A stretch of DNA of 64,000 bases. It comes from an uncultured Rickettsiales bacterium. Lineage in GTDB: Bacteria > Pseudomonadota > Alphaproteobacteria > Rickettsiales > SXRF01. Below the pieces are notes generated by a model. That model saw only the letters and a list, made by a program, of their open reading frames with translations. It was not told where the DNA came from and ran no database searches. The position numbers were made by a program, and so were the translations under genes. Positions 58,034 through 64,000 of this stretch are shown here, piece after piece. Positions within the stretch are counted from its first letter, which is position 1; the number at the start of each line of letters is the position of its first letter. The stretch lies in the NCBI GenBank assembly GCA_964405685.1, contig CAYOOP010000001.1:334922-398921 (forward strand), given 5' to 3'.

Positions 58034-59023
58034 TTAGGCCTCCTTACAACAGCCAGAGAATGTTTTTGGACATACCCTGTTTTCACACGCACGCTCATCT
58101 AGCACAAGTTGTTTTAGCGCAGCGATGTAATCGTAAATCACGCCAAGTGTCGGCACACGCACATACTGGGTAACACCGCTTTTTTCTGCCAAGTGGCGAT
58201 ATTCAATATCAAGCTCCACAAGTGTTTCCGAATGTTCGGAAACGAAGGCGATGGGTACTAGCAAAACAGATTTTCCTTGGCTTCCCGCGCGGATAATTTC
58301 TTGATCGGTCGATGGCCCAATCCATTCCAGTCTCCCCACGCGGCTTTGGTAGCAAACCGCATAATCAAGTTGTGGCTGCGCCAGCTGACTAACGACCGCC
58401 TGCACGGTTTGTTCAACCTGCCATTGGTATGGGTCTCCGGCTTCCACTATCGGTTTTGGCAAGCCATGCGCCGAAAATAAAATGCGCATGCCGTCTTTGT
58501 ACGCTTGTTGAATAAGTTTCACATGCGCCGCAATAAACGCAGGATGGGTGGAGTAGCAGCAAATCTCTTTGGTAGGAAGTTTGAGTCCTAATTTTTTCCA
58601 TTCCTTAAAAGATGATGCTGTGGTGGTGGTCGAAAATTGAGGATACAGCGGCAATAAAATCACCTTATCGGGCGCATGGGCTTTCACCTGTTTTGCAACA
58701 TTTTTGGCCCGCGGGTGCCAATAGCGCATGACGATAAATGTTTTATATTCACCATGTTCTCTAAGAGCGATTTCAAGCGCTGTCGCTTGTTTTTGTGTTT
58801 CTTCCACAATCGGTGATTTACCACCCATTTGCGCATAAATTGTTTGCGCTTTTTTGTTACGAAGCGAGGAAATAAGCGTCGCCAAAAAAAGGCGTAAAGG
58901 AAGGGGAACCCGAATGATCGCTGGGTCAAAAAATAGATTAAATAAAAACGGTCGCACCGCTTTTAAGCTATCGGGTCCACCTAAATTAAATAGGATTACC
59001 GCAGTTTTTTGAGCCATGTGCAA
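58034..59023 (-). CDS. hemH: ferrochelatase
   Basis: 329 aa (alternative start M3 at 59017). ILFNLGGPDSL, RYWHP and VSEHSETL motifs. Cys-rich C-terminus CENRVCPKTFSGCC. The stop abuts the hemJ start. Confidence 0.93.
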   Translation of the reverse strand: MHMAQKTAVILFNLGGPDSLKAVRPFLFNLFFDPAIIRVPLPLRLFLATLISSLRNKKAQTIYAQMGGKSPIVEETQKQATALEIALREHGEYKTFIVMRYWHPRAKNVAKQVKAHAPDKVILLPLYPQFSTTTTASSFKEWKKLGLKLPTKEICCYSTHPAFIAAHVKLIQQAYKDGMRILFSAHGLPKPIVEAGDPYQWQVEQTVQAVVSQLAQPQLDYAVCYQSRVGRLEWIGPSTDQEIIRAGSQGKSVLLVPIAFVSEHSETLVELDIEYRHLAEKSGVTQYVRVPTLGVIYDYIAALKQLVLDERACENRVCPKTFSGCCKEA

Positions 59024-60018
59024 AGTGCTTCCAGATTTTCAGGTGGCGTAAATTGAATCACCCCATGCCCGAGATTAAAGATATAGGGTTTTCCCTTCAT
59101 CTCGTTCACCAGCCTTTCGGCTTCTTGAAGGATTTTTTCTTTGGTTCCATAGGCCAAAATCATCGGGTCTAAATTGCCTTGCAATACACAGCTGGTTTTT
59201 TCTTTTACAAACGAAACGGGTGTAAATTGATCGATGCTTACACCATCGACTCCTGTTTCGTTTGCGAATGTCGAAATATTTACCCCCGCTCCGCGTGGAA
59301 AACCCATAATGGGTGTATGGGGTTGGCGCTTTTTTAGCTCTGCAACAATCTTTTTAGTGGGTGTAACCACATACCGAGAAAATATTTCTATGGGCGCTGC
59401 ACCTGCCCAAGAATCAAATAGCTGCACGACATCCGCACCGGCTTTAATTTGATTATCTAAATGCAAAATCACTGCTTCGGTAAGCGTATCAATTAAACGG
59501 TTAAATAGGGTAGGGGTAGCAACGGCCATTTTTACTGCTGCATCAAAATTGCGACTACCCTTACCTTCCACCATATAGCACGCAAGTGTCCAGGGGCTTC
59601 CTGAGAAGCCGATAAGCGTCTTCTCCTTAAGGGTGCTCGCAAGAGTGTCTACCGTCTCGTAGACAGGCGCTAGATGGCTAGAAATACGTTCCAATGAAAG
59701 TTTTGAAATCTGCTCTTCGGTTGTGGTGGGCTCTAACCTTGGTCCTTCACCTTTTTCAAACACGACATTTACGCCAAGCGCATCTGGAATCACTAAAATA
59801 TCCGAAAACAAAATCGCAGCATCCATATCGAATCGGCGAATAGGTTGGAGTGTTACCTCCACTGCTAATTTCGGATTATAACAAAACTCTAAAAAGTTCG
59901 GAGCTTTTGCCCGAAGTTCACGATACTCCGGTAAATATCGCCCCGCCTGTCTAAAAAACCAAAAAGGAATTTTCTCCTTTTCATTTCCTGTAAGTACATC
60001 TCGCAAGATTTTATTCAT
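58996..60018 (-). CDS. hemE: uroporphyrinogen decarboxylase
   Basis: True start is ATG 60018 (MNKILRDVLTGNEKEKIPFWFFRQAGRYLPEYRE). The 27 upstream codons of the track ORF run into the AT-rich intergenic region. Confidence 0.93.
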   Translation of the reverse strand: MNKILRDVLTGNEKEKIPFWFFRQAGRYLPEYRELRAKAPNFLEFCYNPKLAVEVTLQPIRRFDMDAAILFSDILVIPDALGVNVVFEKGEGPRLEPTTTEEQISKLSLERISSHLAPVYETVDTLASTLKEKTLIGFSGSPWTLACYMVEGKGSRNFDAAVKMAVATPTLFNRLIDTLTEAVILHLDNQIKAGADVVQLFDSWAGAAPIEIFSRYVVTPTKKIVAELKKRQPHTPIMGFPRGAGVNISTFANETGVDGVSIDQFTPVSFVKEKTSCVLQGNLDPMILAYGTKEKILQEAERLVNEMKGKPYIFNLGHGVIQFTPPENLEALCTWLKKLR

Positions 60019-60189
60019 TCTAAAATTACTTATCTTTATAAGAAAAGGATTGAAGTAGTAGTAGGGAGTAGGTCTAACGTGGACGGTTTGATTATGCAAA
60101 GGTTATGCAGATGAAGGTTATAGGAAATAATACACATACAAACTTAGCAGCCTATTATTTACTATCGATTTTCTACCATTTCTGAAAAA

Positions 60190-60198
60190 AGTGGATAA
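60190..60198 (-). promoter_or_regulatory. DnaA box-like 9-mer (TTATCCACT, 8/9)
   Basis: The plus strand reads AGTGGATAA. With the next box it forms the inverted pair GTGGAT-N8-ATCCAC. Confidence 0.45.
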
Positions 60199-60202
60199 AA
60201 AC

Positions 60203-60211
60203 TCATCCACA
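60203..60211 (+). promoter_or_regulatory. DnaA box-like 9-mer (TCATCCACA, 8/9)
   Basis: Read directly from the sequence. Confidence 0.45.
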
Positions 60212-60234
60212 TCGTGTATACAAACTTCTTTACC

Positions 60235-60243
60235 TGTGGAAAA
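60235..60243 (-). promoter_or_regulatory. DnaA box-like 9-mer (TTTTCCACA, 8/9)
   Basis: The plus strand reads TGTGGAAAA. Confidence 0.4.
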
Positions 60244-60290
60244 CCGCTGAAGGAGAATCGTGCAAACGTGCACATTTAAAGATTCACAGA

Positions 60291-60299
60291 TTATCCACA
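60291..60299 (+). promoter_or_regulatory. DnaA box, perfect consensus TTATCCACA
   Basis: Read directly: ...cacagaTTATCCACAgtgtt... Confidence 0.6.
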
Positions 60300-60350
60300 G
60301 TGTTCTACATAGGTTGTGTACACGCTTTCGTTGATAACATGTGAAACCCC

Positions 60351-61184
60351 ATGAAAACATTCCACTTACACCTTGTGTCAGACTCGACCGGCGAAACGGT
60401 GGGCAGTGTTGCCCGTGCTGCCCTCGCGCAATTTGAAGATGTGGACGCCGAAGAGCACAACTGGACGCTGGTGCGTACCAAAACGCAAATCGATCGTGTG
60501 ATTGCTAATATCGACGAATTCCCCGGCATGGTGCTTTACACGCTGGTCGACAAACAACTCGGTGAAATGCTCAAAAAAGCCTGCCAGAAACACGGTCAAC
60601 CCTGCATCGCTGTGCTGGCCCCTGTTGTTAACGAGCTCTCCGCCTATCTTGGCGAGGAAACCCAAGCCGCCCCCGGCAAACAACACCAGATGGACGAAGA
60701 ATATTTCTCCCGCGTCGACGCCATCAACTACGCACTCTCGCATGACGACAGCCAGGGGCATTGGGATTTGGACGGCGCTGATATTATCTTATGCGGTCCC
60801 TCACGCACCTCCAAGTCACCCACCTGTGTCTATCTCGCCTATAAAGGCTTCAAAGCCGCTAACGTCCCCTTCGTACTCGGCATCGATTTACCGCCCGGAC
60901 TATTTACAGCGAAAGACGCACTCATCGTCGGCCTTACCATCTCGCCTGACCGCCTCCAACAAATCCGCAAAGAGCGTTTAAACTCACTGAAACAGGAAGA
61001 CACCAGCTATGTGGACGTTGAAATGATCCACAAAGAAATCGACGAATCACGCAAGCTGTTCCGCCAGCAAGGCTGGCCGGTGATTGACGTCACCCGAAAA
61101 TCTGTCGAAGAAACCGCGGCTACCATCTTGCAATATCACCAGAATCTCATGAAGCAACGCGAGCAAAAAGCCGAGCATTCCTAG
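60351..61184 (+). CDS. pyruvate,phosphate dikinase / PEP synthetase regulatory protein (DUF299, RP001-type)
   Basis: 277 aa with N-terminus FHLHLVSDSTGETV and P-loop GPSRTSKSPT. This family includes Rickettsia prowazekii RP001. Confidence 0.88.
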   Translation: MKTFHLHLVSDSTGETVGSVARAALAQFEDVDAEEHNWTLVRTKTQIDRVIANIDEFPGMVLYTLVDKQLGEMLKKACQKHGQPCIAVLAPVVNELSAYLGEETQAAPGKQHQMDEEYFSRVDAINYALSHDDSQGHWDLDGADIILCGPSRTSKSPTCVYLAYKGFKAANVPFVLGIDLPPGLFTAKDALIVGLTISPDRLQQIRKERLNSLKQEDTSYVDVEMIHKEIDESRKLFRQQGWPVIDVTRKSVEETAATILQYHQNLMKQREQKAEHS

Positions 61185-61219
61185 GTGACATCCCGCAATT
61201 TCCTTGCTAAACCAACACC

Positions 61220-62512
61220 ATGACAAAACCACTTAACATCGCAATTGCTGGGCTCGGAACGGTCGGCCTAGGTGCCGCCGAGGTTTTGCTGACGCAAAAG
61301 AATCTGCTCGAAAAACGTGCGGGCAAGGCGCTGAATCTGGTTGCGGTTTCTGCAAAGGATAAAACTAAGAAACGTAACGTCGATTTAAGTGGCATTGATT
61401 TTGTGGACGATGCAATGGCGCTCGCTTCTCGTGCAGATATTGACGTAATTGTTGAAGTGATCGGTGGCTCCGAGGGGATTGCTAAAGCCTTGGTCGAAAC
61501 CGCGCTTACAAATGGCAAATCAGTCGTTACCGCCAACAAAGCCTTGATCGCCCACCACGGCATCGTTCTTGCAAAAATCGCAGAATCGAAAAACGTAGTG
61601 CTCGCATTTGAAGCAGCGGTTGCCGGCGGCATTCCCGTTATTAAAGCACTGCGCGATGGCCTAGCCGCCAACCAATTTACCCGCATCGCCGGCATTTTAA
61701 ACGGCACCTGCAACTATATTTTGACGCAAATGCTAAAACAAAACGTCTCGTTTAAAGCCGCACTTAACGATGCGCAAAGATTGGGTTATGCAGAAGCAGA
61801 CCCCACGTTTGACGTCGATGGCATCGACACCGCGCACAAGCTTGCCATTCTCGCAAGCCTCGCTTTTGGTATCGCGCCCGCCATCGAAAAAGTGGAGACC
61901 AGTGGCATCCGCCCGATTACTCAAAAAGACATTCAACTCACTGAAAAACTGGGCTACCGCATTAAACTTCTCGGTATTGCCTCGCGTTCGGAAAATGGCA
62001 TCACCCAGCGTGTGCACCCATGTTTGGTACCTGCAAGCTCACCGCTTGCGAACGTACACGATGTCTACAACGCCATCGTCGTAGAGGGTGACTGCGTGGG
62101 CAAGGTGTTTTTCGAAGGCCGTGGTGCCGGCGCCGGCCCAACTGCCTCGTCCGTTGTTGCTGATATTATGGATATCGCGCGCGGCACTCAGTACAAACCA
62201 TTTACCATGCCTGTTGCACAACTCAGCCCCCTAAAACAAGCAAGTCTCGAGACGCTCGAGATGCCCTACTATCTGCGCCTTAGCGTGGTTGATAAACCAG
62301 GCGTGCTCGCTGAAATTACAAGCCTTTTTAAAACCCACAGCATTTCCGTGCGCTCCCTCTTTCAGGATGAGCCAACGCCAAATGCGCCGGCTGATGTGGT
62401 GCTCGTAACCCACCCCGTGAAAGAAGTGGCGATGAATAAAGCTATCGTCGCTTTGTCCGAATTTAAATCTGTACTTGAACCCCCCATGCTGCTTAGAATC
62501 GAGGAGCTATGA
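61220..62512 (+). CDS. hom: homoserine dehydrogenase
   Basis: 430 aa with NAD motif IAIAGLGTVG, GILNGTCNYIL, and a C-terminal ACT domain. Confidence 0.93.
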   Translation: MTKPLNIAIAGLGTVGLGAAEVLLTQKNLLEKRAGKALNLVAVSAKDKTKKRNVDLSGIDFVDDAMALASRADIDVIVEVIGGSEGIAKALVETALTNGKSVVTANKALIAHHGIVLAKIAESKNVVLAFEAAVAGGIPVIKALRDGLAANQFTRIAGILNGTCNYILTQMLKQNVSFKAALNDAQRLGYAEADPTFDVDGIDTAHKLAILASLAFGIAPAIEKVETSGIRPITQKDIQLTEKLGYRIKLLGIASRSENGITQRVHPCLVPASSPLANVHDVYNAIVVEGDCVGKVFFEGRGAGAGPTASSVVADIMDIARGTQYKPFTMPVAQLSPLKQASLETLEMPYYLRLSVVDKPGVLAEITSLFKTHSISVRSLFQDEPTPNAPADVVLVTHPVKEVAMNKAIVALSEFKSVLEPPMLLRIEEL

Positions 62513-63516
62513 CTGAAGCCGCTAAAACCCTAGACGAATCCTACACCATGGACCGCAATTTTGCACTTGAGGCGATCCGCGTGACCGAATCCGCTGCACT
62601 CGCCGCTTCCAAATGGATGGGCCTCGGCGAAGAAAAAGAAGCCGACCGCGCGGCGGTCAATGCCATGCGCGAAACGCTCAACACGCTGTCGATTGATGGT
62701 ATGGTAGTCATCGGTGAAGGCGAGCGCGACAAAGCGCCCATGCTCTATATCGGCGAAAAAGTCGGCGCGAACCCCGGCAAGGGTCCGAAAATCGATATCG
62801 CTCTCGACCCCTTAGAGGGCACCACGCTGTGTGCCCACGGTGCCGCAAATGCCATGGCCGTACTCGCCATGGCCGACGCCGGTGGATTCCTGCATGCGCC
62901 GGATGTGTACATGGATAAAATCGCCGTCGGCGGCAATTTGCCGGAAGGCGTCGTAGACCTCGACAACGCCCCCGCGCAAAATTTAAAAAACCTCGCAAAA
63001 GCAAAAAAATGCAACGTTGCTGATTTGGTTGCGTGCATTCTCGAACGCCCACGCCACGAAGAACTCATCGCCAAAACCCGCGAAACCGGTGTACGCATTA
63101 AGCTGATTACCGATGGTGACGTGGCAGGCGTTATGGCCACCTCACGACCCGACACCGGCATCCATATCTATATGGGCATCGGCGGTGCTCCCGAAGGCGT
63201 GCTTGCGGCTGCAGCCCTCCAATGCATCGGCGGCCAAATGCAGGGCCGTTTGATCTTCCGCGACGAGGACGAAAAAGCCCGCGCATCACGCCTTGGTATC
63301 ACCGACTTAAATCGCAAATATTTGCTGAATGATTTAGCGCATGGCAATGTCATGTTTGCTGCTACCGGTGTCACCGATGGTTCCATGCTAAACGGTGTAA
63401 AACGTTTCCCGGGTGGCGCCATCACCCAATCGATCGTCATGCGCTCCTCGACCGGTACGGTCCGCATCATCGAAGCGCATCACAACTTTACCCGCAAGAA
63501 ATGGGTGGGTGAGTGA
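62509..63516 (+). CDS. glpX: fructose-1,6-bisphosphatase class II
   Basis: 335 aa with IDIALDPLEGTT, ITDGDVAG and GIGGAPEGVLAAAAL. Confidence 0.94.
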   Translation: MTEAAKTLDESYTMDRNFALEAIRVTESAALAASKWMGLGEEKEADRAAVNAMRETLNTLSIDGMVVIGEGERDKAPMLYIGEKVGANPGKGPKIDIALDPLEGTTLCAHGAANAMAVLAMADAGGFLHAPDVYMDKIAVGGNLPEGVVDLDNAPAQNLKNLAKAKKCNVADLVACILERPRHEELIAKTRETGVRIKLITDGDVAGVMATSRPDTGIHIYMGIGGAPEGVLAAAALQCIGGQMQGRLIFRDEDEKARASRLGITDLNRKYLLNDLAHGNVMFAATGVTDGSMLNGVKRFPGGAITQSIVMRSSTGTVRIIEAHHNFTRKKWVGE

Positions 63517-64000
63517 TTGCCTATCCCAACATCGACCCCGTCGCCATTGCCATTGGCCCGCTTGCTATTCGTTGGTATTCGCTAGCCTATCTTGCCGGCA
63601 TTGTGCTCGGGTGGTGGATCTTAAAACGCCTCAATCGGCGCTTCCCCATCACCCATCTTTCCGCCAAGGCGCTTGATGATGTAATTATGTATGCGACCCT
63701 CGGCATCGTCTTCGGCGGCCGGCTGGGTTATTGTCTGATCTATAATCATGATTATTATTTCGCGCATCCGCTCGAAATCCTGCACGTCTGGAAAGGCGGC
63801 ATGTCCTTCCACGGTGGCATGGTGGGATTGGTCGTCGGCGTATATTTGCTGTGCAAAAAATACCGCATCGCCTTCTTCGATTTAATCGACCGCATCGCAC
63901 TTGTGGCCCCCATCGGCCTTTTTTGCGGCCGCATCGCCAATTTCATCAACGGCGAGCTTTATGGCCGCGTAAGTGATGTGCCGTGGGCGATGGTGTTCCC
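63513..64000 (+). CDS. lgt: prolipoprotein diacylglyceryl transferase, N-terminal part (runs off window)
   Basis: Not in the ORF track because there is no stop in the window. The GTG at 63513 (GTGA overlap with the glpX stop) opens a frame reading IAYPNIDPVAIAIGPLAIRWYSLAYLAGIVLGWWILKR...GGMSFHGGMVG...GRIANFINGELYGR, the classic Lgt sequence. I translated it by hand. Confidence 0.88.
   Translation, partial: MIAYPNIDPVAIAIGPLAIRWYSLAYLAGIVLGWWILKRLNRRFPITHLSAKALDDVIMYATLGIVFGGRLGYCLIYNHDYYFAHPLEILHVWKGGMSFHGGMVGLVVGVYLLCKKYRIAFFDLIDRIALVAPIGLFCGRIANFINGELYGRVSDVPWAMVF

Larger units (their letters stand above)
60019..60350. other. oriC: candidate chromosomal replication origin (oriC) in the hemE / RP001-type gene gap
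   Basis: 332-bp non-coding, AT-rich gap between divergent hemE and the PDRP gene. Contains four DnaA-box-like 9-mers, and gene orientation switches here. It is the conserved alphaproteobacterial origin location. Confidence 0.6.

Noticed and set aside
60019-60350. CtrA binding sites (TTAA-N7-TTAA) and a strong hemE promoter inside the candidate origin, as in Caulobacter Cori.
   Set aside because: I scanned the region by eye. There is only one TTAA (60276-60279) and it has no partner at N7 spacing. No claim of CtrA control is made.

Overview
This is a gene-dense, almost entirely housekeeping segment of what looks like an alphaproteobacterial chromosome. About 61 CDSs cover roughly 95% of the window, and bulk GC is about 55-60% by hand counts on sample lines. 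All product calls come from reading the supplied translations for family motifs; no database search was possible. I found no rRNA, tRNA, CRISPR array, transposase, integrase or prophage genes.

The window looks origin-proximal. It carries parB-parA-rsmG-mnmG-mnmE (28.3-33.9 kb, minus strand) and rho-hemJ-hemH-hemE (56.2-60.0 kb, minus strand). A 332-bp AT-rich gap lies between hemE and an RP001-type pyruvate,phosphate-dikinase regulatory protein gene. This gap holds one perfect and three 8/9 DnaA boxes and coincides with a switch in gene orientation, so it is my candidate oriC.

Other content:
- thrC (3' end), M16 peptidase, purD, xseA
- A prepilin-like gene coupled to msbA-waaA-lpxK
- mscS-family gene, infA-maf, comM/yifB, a FecCD/FecE-type importer without a binding protein
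- coxB-coxA, rlmH, gpmI-envC-ctpA-yibQ, rppH, cysQ, a 1541-aa NAD-glutamate dehydrogenase
- A PilB/GspE plus PilC/GspF pair, nfu, an orphan ABC-2 permease, secB, an OmpA-domain protein, lpdA
- An ankyrin plus EF-hand protein, a GNAT, rpoH, a Cbp3-like chaperone, ahcY, bamE, dcd, murA, yggS, a porin, a DUF3576 lipoprotein, hom, glpX, lgt (5' part)

Most interesting observations:
1. A translationally coupled four-gene operon (52.2-56.1 kb) encodes three unrecognisable envelope proteins plus an ABC ATPase. Their architecture mimics a PilM-PilN fusion (GspL-like), PilO (GspM-like) and PilP (GspC-like). Together with the lone PilB/PilC pair and the stray prepilin, this suggests a dispersed, highly divergent type IV pilus/T2SS-like machine.
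2. The oriC candidate.
3. Two sharply low-GC tracts replace core genes: rsmG plus the 3' half of mnmG, and hemJ-hemH-hemE.
4. A eukaryote-like ANK/EF-hand protein.
5. A 25-nt pure pyrimidine (TCCC)n tract in the rho leader.
6. Several structured palindromic intergenic elements, including one with perfect 19-bp terminal inverted repeats that exactly fills the gdhB/parB gap.
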